Shown here piece by piece: positions 32,408 through 41,406 of a DNA stretch of 64,000 bases. The translations under genes were made by a program, and so were the position numbers. This DNA comes from Vulcanimicrobiota bacterium. GTDB taxonomy: Bacteria > Vulcanimicrobiota > Vulcanimicrobiia > Vulcanimicrobiales > Vulcanimicrobiaceae. The notes below the pieces were generated by a model. That model saw only the letters and a list, made by a program, of their open reading frames with translations. It was not told the DNA's origin and ran no database searches. The DNA lies in the NCBI GenBank assembly GCA_963833095.1, contig CAWHWQ010000003.1, positions 160,001 through 224,000 of the forward strand. The letters run 5' to 3'. Every line of letters starts with the position of its first letter. Position 1 is the stretch's first letter.

Positions 32408-33456
32408 GCCTGGACCGGTTCGCTCGCCGTTGCGACGCCGGCTTGCGCGAAGGTCTTCATCTCGCGCACCATGCGCGCAGCCGCCTCGCAGAGCGGCATC
32501 GCAAGCGCAGCGCCACTTCCTTCACCCAGCCGCAGATCCAGATCGAGCAACGGCACAAGCCCGAGATGTCGCAGCGCGACGGCGTGACCGAGTTCGCGCG
32601 ACCGGTGCGCGGCGATGCAATACCCGATCGAGTCCGGCGCGATCGCCTGCGCAAGTAGCGCGGCCGCGCCGACGATAAATCCGTCGAGGAGGATCGGGAT
32701 GCGCCGCTGTGCCGCTGCGAGCAATGCTCCGGCGAGCCCCACGATTTCATAGCCGCCGACTTCGCTTGCGACCGTGCGCCAATCGGTCGCGCGCAGGCGC
32801 GAAAGCGCGGCGGAAACAACCGCAAGTTTGCGTCGCAAGCCATCGTCATCGACGCCGGTACCGCGTCCGACGACGTCTTCGGGCGCCGCGCCGGTCAGAG
32901 CGCAGATGATCGCGGCAGCGCTGGTGGTATTCCCGATCCCCATCTCGCCCAGAGCAAGGATCTGCGGATCGACGCGTTCGACGACGGTCGCGAAGGCGTT
33001 CATGCCGGCCTGCAACGCGCGATCGACATCGAGGGGATCGATCGCTGCTTCGCGCGCAAAGTTACGCGTTCCACGAGCTACGGGAATGCCGAGCAATCGC
33101 TCGTGCTGCGGCAAGTCACCGGCAACGCCAAAGTTTGCCACAAACACTTCGGCCCTGGCGACGCGCGAAAAAGCGTTGATCGCCGCAAAGCCGCCGAGAA
33201 ATGCGCCGACCATCTGCGGCGTCACCTCGCTCGGATAGGCGCTCACGCCCTCGGCGGTGATGCCGTGATCGCCGGCACCGACGAGAATTGCTCGGCGTTC
33301 GTAGATCGGCGGCAGATCGCCCGCGATCGCCGCAAGGCGCTCGGCGAGCTCTTCGATTCGCCCAAGACTGCCGACAGGTTTGGTGAGTTGATCGATCCGC
33401 TCGCGCGCGGCTCGCGCCGCGGCAGCGTCAAGCGGTGGAATCGAGATGGCTGACAT
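32404..33456 (-). CDS. cobT: Nicotinate-nucleotide-dimethylbenzimidazole phosphoribosyltransferase
   Basis: LTKPVGSLGRIE, GEMGIGNTT, LRLGEGSGA. Confidence 0.97.
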   Translation of the reverse strand: MSAISIPPLDAAAARAARERIDQLTKPVGSLGRIEELAERLAAIAGDLPPIYERRAILVGAGDHGITAEGVSAYPSEVTPQMVGAFLGGFAAINAFSRVARAEVFVANFGVAGDLPQHERLLGIPVARGTRNFAREAAIDPLDVDRALQAGMNAFATVVERVDPQILALGEMGIGNTTSAAAIICALTGAAPEDVVGRGTGVDDDGLRRKLAVVSAALSRLRATDWRTVASEVGGYEIVGLAGALLAAAQRRIPILLDGFIVGAAALLAQAIAPDSIGYCIAAHRSRELGHAVALRHLGLVPLLDLDLRLGEGSGAALAMPLCEAAARMVREMKTFAQAGVATASEPVQA

Positions 33457-34036
33457 CGTTTAGGGTGATTATCCGCGCAGCGTCACCTTCCATGGCGATT
33501 CGCGTGATGCTCGCGGTCGAAAACACCATACCGAGCGGGTCGAAGCCCTCGGGGGCCAGCACGTCAAGCGCGGCATGCAGCGCACCGGCATGTGTAACGA
33601 CGAGCACGTGGCCGCCAGACGCGCCCGAGCGCAGTTCCGTGAGAAACGAGCGCACGCGATCAACGACTTGCTCGAATCGCTCGCCTGCGACCGGCTCGTA
33701 GCGTCGAGCCTGCGTGGGGATGCCCGGCTCAAACTGCGGCCAACGCGCGACGATCTCAGGCCACGTCAGGCCCTCCCACTCTCCAAAATCGAACTCGCGC
33801 AGGCGAGCGTCGCTGGTAACCTCGAGCGGCCGTGCCCCGATGATCGTACGCGCGGTTTCGCGTGCGCGCGCGAGATCGCTTGCGTACGCGTGGCTAAACG
33901 ATTCGTTCCGCAGCGCGCGCGCCAGCGCCGCGGCTTGCGCGCGGCCCCGCTGCGACAGCGGAACCGGACTTTGCCCTTGAAAACGGCGCGCGGCGTTCCA
34001 CGCCGTCTCGCCATGACGGACCAAAACGAGTTCCAT
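33428..34036 (-). CDS. Histidine phosphatase, probable alpha-ribazole phosphatase (CobC-like)
   Basis: RHGET, SDL.RA.ET, EFDFGEWEG, VTHAG; overlaps cobT. Confidence 0.8.
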   Translation of the reverse strand: MELVLVRHGETAWNAARRFQGQSPVPLSQRGRAQAAALARALRNESFSHAYASDLARARETARTIIGARPLEVTSDARLREFDFGEWEGLTWPEIVARWPQFEPGIPTQARRYEPVAGERFEQVVDRVRSFLTELRSGASGGHVLVVTHAGALHAALDVLAPEGFDPLGMVFSTASITRIAMEGDAARIITLNDVSHLDSTA

Positions 34037-34044
34037 GCTTGCGT

Positions 34045-34665
34045 TTAGAGTGCTTGCGACGCCGTATCGACGATGAGGCCGTCTAAGTGACCGGCGACGC
34101 ATTCCTCGACCAGCTCCCACGAGGCGCCGCCGTGAAGGACGGCATAGCCGCCATTGACCACGCGCGGTTTCCATAGCTGCGACAACGGCGCACCGCTTGC
34201 ATCCAGAATCGCGAGACGGACGATCACATCGTGCGTCACGATCGCGATCCCGTCGGCGTCGCGATTGCGTTGCATAAAGGCACGCCAGCGCGCATCGACC
34301 TGCGCGAGCGACTCGCCGCCTTCAAAATGCGCCTGTTCAGGATGCTCGCGCCAAGTGCGCATCGCCCGCGGGTCTTCACGCTCGATCGACGCACGCAGGC
34401 GGCCTTCCCACGTGCCGTGGGCAATCTCGATCAGATCGCGGTCGGTTTCGAGCGTGAGACCGAGCGCTTCTGCGAGCGGGCGAGCGGTTTGCGTGCAGCG
34501 CGCAAGCGGGCTTGAAACGACACGGGTAATGTTCTGTTCGCAAAGCGCGCTCGCCAGCGCGCGCGCCTGCGCGACGCCGGTTTCGGTCAGCTTCGATTCA
34601 CGCTGCCCCTGATAGCGCCCCTCGCGATTCCAATCCGTCTCACCGTGACGCGCAACATAGATCAC
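34045..34665 (-). CDS. Histidine phosphatase, probable metal-independent phosphoserine phosphatase (PspA-like)
   Basis: RHGET, GRYQG, IEIAHGTWEG; 1-nt gap after serA. Confidence 0.8.
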   Translation of the reverse strand: MIYVARHGETDWNREGRYQGQRESKLTETGVAQARALASALCEQNITRVVSSPLARCTQTARPLAEALGLTLETDRDLIEIAHGTWEGRLRASIEREDPRAMRTWREHPEQAHFEGGESLAQVDARWRAFMQRNRDADGIAIVTHDVIVRLAILDASGAPLSQLWKPRVVNGGYAVLHGGASWELVEECVAGHLDGLIVDTASQAL

Positions 34666-34666
34666 T

Positions 34667-36265
34667 TCAGATGCGCACCACGCGCACCGAAGCCATGCCC
34701 TCCACGTTTCCGATCCGGTCGACCACCGCGCGCTCGATGTCGCGATCTACTTCGAGCACCATCATCGCGTCGCCGCCGCGCGCGGTGCGCGCGACCTGCA
34801 TCGTTGAGATATTGACGTTGGCCTCACCCAAGATCGTACCGATGCGACCGACCATGCCCGGCACGTCGCAATGGTGCGTTACGAGCATCGTGCCATCCGG
34901 GACCGCATCGATCTCGAAGCCGTCGATCTCGACGATGCGCGGACCGTGCGGTAACACTGTGCCGACGATGCGGTGATCGCCGGCTGCAACTAACAGCGAC
35001 GAGCGAAACGGCGGTGCATTCCCCTCGCGCGAAACCGCCACGCGCACGCCGATCTCGCGCCCGATTGCAGCGGAGTTGACCAGCGTCACGCGCCGGTCAG
35101 TCACCAGCGGCAACGCGCCGGCGAGTAGCGCGGCGACAAACGGCTCCGCGTCGACGCCTTCGAGCTCACCTTGCAACACGACCGCGATCTCCGTGCGCAT
35201 CACTTCATCGAAGAGCTGCGGCAAGATCGTACCGAGGCGATGCGCCAGATCGATAAACGCGCTCGCGCGCTCGGCGTCCGCGCCGTGGAGCATCGGAGCG
35301 TTAACGGCGCCGCTTGCCGGGCGCCCACCCAGCACGCGCACGACGTCGCCCGCCAGTTCGAGCGCGATCCGCTCGAGTGCTTCGTAGGTCGAGCCGCCCA
35401 AGTGCGGCGTCGCGACGACGCGCTCGTGCATCAGAATGCGCGCCGATGCGGATCCGGGCGGCGGCGGCTCTTCGGGCACGACGTCGACAGCGAGGGCGCG
35501 CAAGCGACCGGCGTCCAGGGCCTCCACGAGCGCGTCGGCATCGATGACGGCACCACGCGCGCAGTTGACGAGAACCGCGTCGTCACGCATGTGCGCAAGG
35601 GCCGAACGTTCGATCATGCCGCGCGTTTGTGCGGTGAGGGGCACGTGCAGCGTGACGACGTCAGCGCGCTCGAGAAGCTCTTCGAACCCGGTCAACTCGA
35701 CGTTGAGCGCGCGGGCGCGCGAAGCCGCGAGATAGGGATCGTACGCGATCACCGTCATTCCAAATGCCGCCGCGCGCGTCGCGACGTTGCTGCCGATGCG
35801 CCCGAGTCCGACGATGCCCAGGGTCTTGCCGTGGAGCTCGTGGCCAATGAAGTTCTTGCGCTCCCATTTGCCGGCATGCACGCTTGCATGGGCTTGGGGC
35901 ACGTGGCGCATCGCGGCAAGTAGCAGCGCGAAGGTCTGTTCGGTGGCAGCAAGCGTGTTGGCGCTCGGTGTGTTGACGACCACGATCCCCGCAGCGGTCG
36001 CCGCGTCGACGTCGATCGCATCGACGCCCACGCCGGCGCGCGCCACCACTTCGAGGTGCGGCGCGGCTGCGAGTAACTGCGCGTCTACCCGGGTTTCGGA
36101 GCGAACGATCAGCCCGCGCGCCTCGCGCAGCGCTTCATGAAGGGCCTCGCGAGGCCCGCCGACCACGGAAACGACCTCCGCGCCGGCTTCACGCAAGACG
36201 GCAACACCGCGTTCGTCAAACGGCTCGGCGACGACGACGCGCCCAAGGAAAGTCGGGGTGACCAT
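34667..36265 (-). CDS. serA: D-3-phosphoglycerate dehydrogenase with ASB and ACT domains
   Basis: RAGVGVD, GLGRIG, NCARG, TPHLGGST, DVPGMVGRIGTILG..NI. Confidence 0.95.
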   Translation of the reverse strand: MVTPTFLGRVVVAEPFDERGVAVLREAGAEVVSVVGGPREALHEALREARGLIVRSETRVDAQLLAAAPHLEVVARAGVGVDAIDVDAATAAGIVVVNTPSANTLAATEQTFALLLAAMRHVPQAHASVHAGKWERKNFIGHELHGKTLGIVGLGRIGSNVATRAAAFGMTVIAYDPYLAASRARALNVELTGFEELLERADVVTLHVPLTAQTRGMIERSALAHMRDDAVLVNCARGAVIDADALVEALDAGRLRALAVDVVPEEPPPPGSASARILMHERVVATPHLGGSTYEALERIALELAGDVVRVLGGRPASGAVNAPMLHGADAERASAFIDLAHRLGTILPQLFDEVMRTEIAVVLQGELEGVDAEPFVAALLAGALPLVTDRRVTLVNSAAIGREIGVRVAVSREGNAPPFRSSLLVAAGDHRIVGTVLPHGPRIVEIDGFEIDAVPDGTMLVTHHCDVPGMVGRIGTILGEANVNISTMQVARTARGGDAMMVLEVDRDIERAVVDRIGNVEGMASVRVVRI

Positions 36266-36322
36266 GGCTCCGCAGCTTCGCCCGAGGGGGCGCCAGCCCT
36301 TGCGTCGTACCCGTACGGCTCG

Positions 36323-37207
36323 ATGTCCAAGAACGGCGATGTGCGGCTTGCGGTCCGCAAAATGTACAAGCTCTACATCAACGGCGCATTCGTGCGCTCG
36401 GAATCCGGGCGCAGCGATCCGCTCTGGGACGGCAAAGAATTTGGCGCCAACATCGCGCGCGCATCGCGCAAGGACGCGCGCGACGCCGTGGTTGCCGCGC
36501 GCGCCGCGCAACCGGGATGGTGGAAAACCGCGCCCGGTACGCGTGGTTTGATTCTTTATCGTTTAGCGGAGATGATGGAAGCGCGCCGCGGCGAGCTCAC
36601 CGAACGCATTCGTGAAGGCGCGGAATGTTCCGAACAAGAGGCCGAACGCGAAGTCACCGCAGCGATCGATCGCACGGTTTGGTACGCGGGCTGGAGCGAT
36701 AAATACGCGGCGCTGCTCTCGACACGCAATCCTGTTGCCGGACCGCATTTCAATTTTTCAACGGCCGAACCAATGGGCGTGGTGGTCGTGTGCGCACCCG
36801 ACCGGCCGGCGCTGCTGGGCTTGGTTTCGTTGCTTTTACCGCCGGTTGTTGCCGGAAATGCCGTCGTGTTGCTGGCCTCGGAATTCGATCCGCGCACTGC
36901 GGTGGTCTTTGCCGAAGCACTCGCAACGAGCGACATCCCGGCTGGTGTCGTGAACGTGCTCACCGGCTATCGCGCCGAAGTCGCGCCGGTCATGGCCAAA
37001 CACATGGACGTGAACGCGATCGTCGTTCCGCGCGGCGATCCGCAGCTAGGCGAATCGGTCGAGCGCGAGTCGGCCGAAAACGTCAAGCGGGTGCGTCTCT
37101 ATCCGATGCGTTCGCGCGACGAATGGTTTGCACCGGCCGCGCAGAGCCTGGACGACATCAGCGATTACTGCGAAATCAAGACAATTTGGCATCCCGCCGG
37201 CGTGTAG
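36323..37207 (+). CDS. Short ALDH-family protein lacking the catalytic domain (ALDH16 C-terminal-like)
   Basis: RLAVRKMYKLYINGAFVRSESGRS, ASRKDARDAV, KTIWHPAG; no ELGG or catalytic Cys. Confidence 0.88.
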   Translation: MSKNGDVRLAVRKMYKLYINGAFVRSESGRSDPLWDGKEFGANIARASRKDARDAVVAARAAQPGWWKTAPGTRGLILYRLAEMMEARRGELTERIREGAECSEQEAEREVTAAIDRTVWYAGWSDKYAALLSTRNPVAGPHFNFSTAEPMGVVVVCAPDRPALLGLVSLLLPPVVAGNAVVLLASEFDPRTAVVFAEALATSDIPAGVVNVLTGYRAEVAPVMAKHMDVNAIVVPRGDPQLGESVERESAENVKRVRLYPMRSRDEWFAPAAQSLDDISDYCEIKTIWHPAGV

Positions 37208-37788
37208 ACGAAGCACGCGCGCGCGCCGCGTTGGTGCGCTGCGGACGCCGTCTTTGGAAGCGCCGCTTAGTTACCGGGTCGAGTGGGAACCTCAGCTACC
37301 GTATGGATGACGGGACGCTCCTGGTCACCCCTTCTGCGCGCTCGATCGGTGATCTGCGTGCGCGCGACCTCGTCGCACTCGACGCCGACGGTACTCCGCG
37401 CCCCGGCAGCGGCGTCCCGACGAGCGAACTCCCGCTCCATCTCGCCGCCTATCGCGCCCGGCCCGATATCGCATGCGTTGTGCACACGCATCCCACGATG
37501 TGCGTGGTTTGGTCGAAAACCGGCGCAATCTTCCCGCGCGACACCGTCGGGGCGAGCGAAACGCTCCGATCCTGCGCCTGGACGCCATATTATCGCAACG
37601 GCAGTGAGGAGTTGGCTGCCGCATGCGCCGAGCAGTTCGCCGCCGGGGTAGATGTGGTCATGATGGAGCGTCACGGGCTCTCCGTCGTGTCGCGGGACCT
37701 CGACGATGCCTTTCTCCAAACCGATTTAGCCGAGGAAGCCGCCCGCATCGCGTACTATTGGCATCTCTTGGAGGGTGTGGGCACTTGA
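37186..37788 (+). CDS. Class II aldolase/adducin family protein
   Basis: GNLS, PTSELPLH, VVHTHP, RHG; start uncertain (TTG). Confidence 0.9.
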   Translation: MASRRRVDEARARAALVRCGRRLWKRRLVTGSSGNLSYRMDDGTLLVTPSARSIGDLRARDLVALDADGTPRPGSGVPTSELPLHLAAYRARPDIACVVHTHPTMCVVWSKTGAIFPRDTVGASETLRSCAWTPYYRNGSEELAAACAEQFAAGVDVVMMERHGLSVVSRDLDDAFLQTDLAEEAARIAYYWHLLEGVGT

Positions 37789-38564
37789 GTTATCGTCTCC
37801 CCGCGCATCAGCGTCTGTCGAATGCGCTGAGTTACGGCGAGTTTCGAATCTTCTATCAACCCGTGGTTTCGCTGGCGAGCGGGGCGATCGTGGGCGTGGA
37901 AGCGTTGTGCCGATGGCCTCAGCGTGACGCGACCTTTGCTCCGCCCGAGACCTTCATTACGCAAGCCGAAACATCGGGATTCATCGTGCAACTCGGCGAG
38001 TGGGTCATGCGCACGGCAATCGATCAAGTCAGCAAATGGCAGGGCCTGCACAATCTCGATTTGCGCCTTGCGGTCAATCTCTCCGCGCGCCAATTCTTAC
38101 ACCACAATTTGATGAAGGCGATCGAGGATTCAGTGCGTAGCGCGCGTTTGCGCCCCCATACGCTCGAGTTCGAGATCACCGAGAGCGTAGCGATGCAAAA
38201 CGCCGAGGACTCGATCGGCATCATGCGCCAGCTCAAAGGATTGGGGCTCGAACTGGCGCTCGATGATTTTGGCACCGGGTACTCGTCGCTGGCCTACCTC
38301 AAGCGATTCCCGATCGACAAACTCAAAATCGACAAGTCGTTTGTAAGCGATATTCCAAGCGACGCCAACGACCTGGCAATCGTCTCGGCGATCATCGCGA
38401 TGGCCCACGCCCTCGGGCTGAGTGTCCAAGCCGAGGGCGTCGAAACCCAGGCGCAAGCCGAGTTTCTGGCCGAGTGCGGCTGCGAATACGCCCAAGGCTA
38501 CCTGTTCGGCCGCGCCTTACCGGCAGACGACTTTGCGAGCCTGATCGGGTCGGCTCCGGCATAA
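37785..38564 (+). CDS. Stand-alone EAL c-di-GMP phosphodiesterase
   Basis: YQP, VEALCRW, EITES, DDFGTGYSS, KIDKSF, AEGVE, QGY. Confidence 0.92.
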   Translation: MSYRLPAHQRLSNALSYGEFRIFYQPVVSLASGAIVGVEALCRWPQRDATFAPPETFITQAETSGFIVQLGEWVMRTAIDQVSKWQGLHNLDLRLAVNLSARQFLHHNLMKAIEDSVRSARLRPHTLEFEITESVAMQNAEDSIGIMRQLKGLGLELALDDFGTGYSSLAYLKRFPIDKLKIDKSFVSDIPSDANDLAIVSAIIAMAHALGLSVQAEGVETQAQAEFLAECGCEYAQGYLFGRALPADDFASLIGSAPA

Positions 38565-38690
38565 TCGAAACTTTACAAATCCTTGTCCCGGCGCCCTCGC
38601 GCGACCACAGGCGGTCGTCTGCGGGCACGTAAAGGGAGCCCTTGCGGCCGGGTGTTTTTAGCTTTTTCTTTGGATGGGAGCTTTTTCGCT

Positions 38691-39305
38691 ATGTCGTGGG
38701 ATCGTCAGCTTCGTATTGTCGTAAGCGCCGCCGCGATCGCGGTTTTGGCCGCATGTTCAGGTGGGATGTCCAGCATGGCTCCGGCGTCAGGCGGCGGGAC
38801 GTCAGCCGACACAGTGCCGGCTCCGCCCAAGGAGTTACAAGTCACGCAGGCGCCGACGGCCACGATCAAGCAGGTCGACGCAGCAAAGGGCCGCGACGAT
38901 CTCAATCTGGGCCAGTGGCGATATGAGGTGCCGCTCGCGGTGACCTCGGGTTACTCGCTGACCAGTCTTTCGTTTCTCAACACGTGTCAGAACGCGCCGA
39001 GCCCGCTTTTCGGGTTTTGGTACCTGACCCTTTCGAGCATTACCGTCGCGCAGCAGCCGGTCACCATCCCCGCGTGCCGCTTCACCTCCAAGGCCACCTC
39101 GGTCGCAAACTTCTATATCGTCCAAGTTGACGTGAGCCTCTCGGGCATCGTCGTCACGCCGCTGAGCCAACCGGTGGTGGTCTCCGGCAACACGTGGACC
39201 TTCTACGCAAATGCAAAAGCCTACACGTTTGCAGCCGACAACATCTACGCGTTCTGGGTCGCTAACTACACCGGAACCGGCACACCGACGAGCTCACCAC
39301 TCTAA
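38691..39305 (+). CDS. Hypothetical lipoprotein
   Basis: Lipobox LAA-C, beta-rich domain. Confidence 0.7.
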   Translation: MSWDRQLRIVVSAAAIAVLAACSGGMSSMAPASGGGTSADTVPAPPKELQVTQAPTATIKQVDAAKGRDDLNLGQWRYEVPLAVTSGYSLTSLSFLNTCQNAPSPLFGFWYLTLSSITVAQQPVTIPACRFTSKATSVANFYIVQVDVSLSGIVVTPLSQPVVVSGNTWTFYANAKAYTFAADNIYAFWVANYTGTGTPTSSPL

Positions 39306-39346
39306 GAGCCCTCAAGGACTCGCCGCAGCTCTCCGCTAACCCGAAT

Positions 39347-39391
39347 GCGCTTCACCCTGGAGGGCGAAGCGCTTCACCTGGAGGGTGAAGC
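39347..39391 (+). repeat. Tandem 21-22 bp palindromic units
   Basis: GCGCTTCACCCTGGAGGGCGAA / GCGCTTCACCTGGAGGGTGAA. Confidence 0.8.
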
Positions 39392-39444
39392 ATGTCGTTT
39401 TAGCGCACGATGCGCGGTGCCACCGAAGGTGGCAAAAACGATGC

Positions 39445-39531
39445 GGAGAGGTGGTCGAGTGGTCGAAGGCACTCGCTTGGAAAGCGAGCAGACGTGCAAA
39501 CGTCTCGAGGGTTCGAATCCCTCCCTCTCCG
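39445..39531 (+). tRNA. tRNA-Ser (GGA)
   Basis: GGAGAGGTGGTCGAGTGGTCGAAGGCACTCGCTTGGAAAGCGAGCAGACGTGCAAACGTCTCGAGGGTTCGAATCCCTCCCTCTCCG. Confidence 0.96.
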
Positions 39532-39600
39532 AGGGCTTTATCCGCCAAAGCTAAAGCTTTGTCGGGCTAAAGCCGACGTGGCTCGCTACGCTCGCTCACG

Positions 39601-40233
39601 CTACTGAGCGAGGCCGGCGCGTTTTCTGGCGTTGCGCACGTACGCAATCGTCCAAAGAATCAACACGACGAGCGCAACGGCATCCAGCGCGGGCGAAACG
39701 ATCGCCGTGAGTCTGGGATCGAACGCGTACGCGAGTGCGACCCGCAGCGCCGCTGCTGCCAGTAACGCAAGTCCCCACACCGTGGTGATGAGCCGCATCG
39801 CATTGCGATAGCCGGGCCGCTCGTCCCAAAGCCGGTCGAACGTCGATCCCGCCTCGGCGCCGGCGGCACTCTTTGCGATCACGAACATCGCGGGGCGCGG
39901 TGCAAGCAACGAGAGCAGACACGCCACGCCGAAAATACCGGAACCCAAAGAGCCCGCGATTAGCGCGTAGCGTGGGTCAGCGCTAACGAGCGACGTCGCC
40001 ACGCCCGCGACGATGAACAGCAAGCCGACGATCGCGATGACGTCGACGATCCCTTGCGTCCAGGCGCGAATCGCGGCGCCGAGCGGAAAAATCGCCGCTA
40101 TCGCGAGCGCACCGATGAGCGGCACGTGCGCGCGAATGAGGATTTGCACCAGGATCGCCGGGAGAACGATCGAGATGACGATGCTGCGGATAAGCCCGCG
40201 AAAATCCGGTCGAAGCGCGCGCTCGACGCTCAC
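39601..40233 (-). CDS. VC0807-like multi-pass membrane protein
   Basis: About six TM segments, CLLSLL..RP.MF, R.ITTVWG. Confidence 0.7.
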   Translation of the reverse strand: MSVERALRPDFRGLIRSIVISIVLPAILVQILIRAHVPLIGALAIAAIFPLGAAIRAWTQGIVDVIAIVGLLFIVAGVATSLVSADPRYALIAGSLGSGIFGVACLLSLLAPRPAMFVIAKSAAGAEAGSTFDRLWDERPGYRNAMRLITTVWGLALLAAAALRVALAYAFDPRLTAIVSPALDAVALVVLILWTIAYVRNARKRAGLAQ

Positions 40234-40538
40234 GCGTTATGACGAGCGGCGAGTAGCCACTGCCCACGGACCATTTGCCAGTGATCCACCGTCACTTCGT
40301 TGTGCCCGTGAACGCCGACGTATTCCGCACGGACGTACACTCCGTCGGGCCGCGCATCGATCCGCTGCACGATCACGGTGAGCGGATCGTACTCAAACGT
40401 CGAGAGCTTCATCTTTGCGGCGTCGTTGAAGTGCGGCGCGAGCAAGCTGCGTTCTTGGGTCGGATCGTGGGTCACGGCATTGCCGAGTTGGCCGTAGCGC
40501 TGGGAAATAGCCGACTGGACATCCATAGAGACAGGCAT
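40230..40538 (-). CDS. Small hypothetical protein (possible NTF2-like fold)
   Basis: About 100 aa, VDHWQMVRGQWLL C-terminus, 4-nt overlap with next gene. Confidence 0.55.
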   Translation of the reverse strand: MPVSMDVQSAISQRYGQLGNAVTHDPTQERSLLAPHFNDAAKMKLSTFEYDPLTVIVQRIDARPDGVYVRAEYVGVHGHNEVTVDHWQMVRGQWLLAARHNA

Positions 40539-40566
40539 CTGACCGCGACCTCCGTACGATTCGAGT

Positions 40567-41406
40567 ATGGCACGGATACTGTTGCAAACCACGATTCCCT
40601 ATGCGCAGGACGATTGGCACGTCGGACGCTTCGCGCTGCTGCAGGACGAGCTGGTCGCGGCCGGACACGACGTGACGGCTCGCGACCGCGAACCCGACGC
40701 TGCCGGAAACGATCCGGTCCTTTCCGGCCTCGGCACGAGCGACTTCGACCAGCTTTGGCTGATGGGCGTCGATACCGGTGATGGGCTGTGCGGTGGGGAT
40801 ATCGACGGCATCAATGCCTTTCGCGCGCGCGGCGGCGGCGTACTAACGGCGCGCGACCACGCCGATCTTGGCGCATGCATCCGCAATCTCGGGACGCTTG
40901 GATCCATCAACCACTTCCACAACTACAACCCCGAGGAAGAGCCCGAACGCCGCCAACAGGACGATCAAGACGATCCCGACATTCCGTGGCCGAACTACCA
41001 CTCCGGCGCGAACGGAGATTATCAGCGCATCGAGCTGATCGAGCCGATCCACGAGATCTTCCGCTCGGGTCGCGCGCCGGGCGGCGTGATCGAATTTTTC
41101 CCCGCGCATCCGCACGAAGGCGCCGTCGGTGCATCGGCGCGCGATACGCATGCGCGCGTGGTCGCGCGCGGACGCAGCACGCAGAGCAAACGCGCGTTCA
41201 ATATTGCCGTCGTGATCGAAGGTGAACCAGGACGCGCGGTGGCGGAGTCAACGTTCCACCACTTCTGCGACTTGAACTGGGACACCGATCGCGGCGCGCC
41301 GTCGTTTGTAACCGACAAACCCGGCACCGAGATGAAACGCGATCCGCAGCGATTCGCGATCTTTAAAGATTACGTGCGCAACATCGCGCGCTGGCTTAGC
41401 CCCTAG
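40567..41406 (+). CDS. Conserved hypothetical protein, possible class I GATase-like fold, His-rich motifs
   Basis: DQLWL, GGGVLTARDH, HSG.NGD, HPHEG, STFHHF. Confidence 0.7.
   Translation: MARILLQTTIPYAQDDWHVGRFALLQDELVAAGHDVTARDREPDAAGNDPVLSGLGTSDFDQLWLMGVDTGDGLCGGDIDGINAFRARGGGVLTARDHADLGACIRNLGTLGSINHFHNYNPEEEPERRQQDDQDDPDIPWPNYHSGANGDYQRIELIEPIHEIFRSGRAPGGVIEFFPAHPHEGAVGASARDTHARVVARGRSTQSKRAFNIAVVIEGEPGRAVAESTFHHFCDLNWDTDRGAPSFVTDKPGTEMKRDPQRFAIFKDYVRNIARWLSP

Noticed and set aside
30053..36320. Cobalamin riboswitch near the btuF-like/cob genes, also checked upstream of nrdJ and the MetE-like gene
   Set aside because: Intergenic spaces are short and I found no B12-box pattern by eye
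39347..39391. CRISPR array
   Set aside because: Only two adjacent units, no spacers, no cas genes
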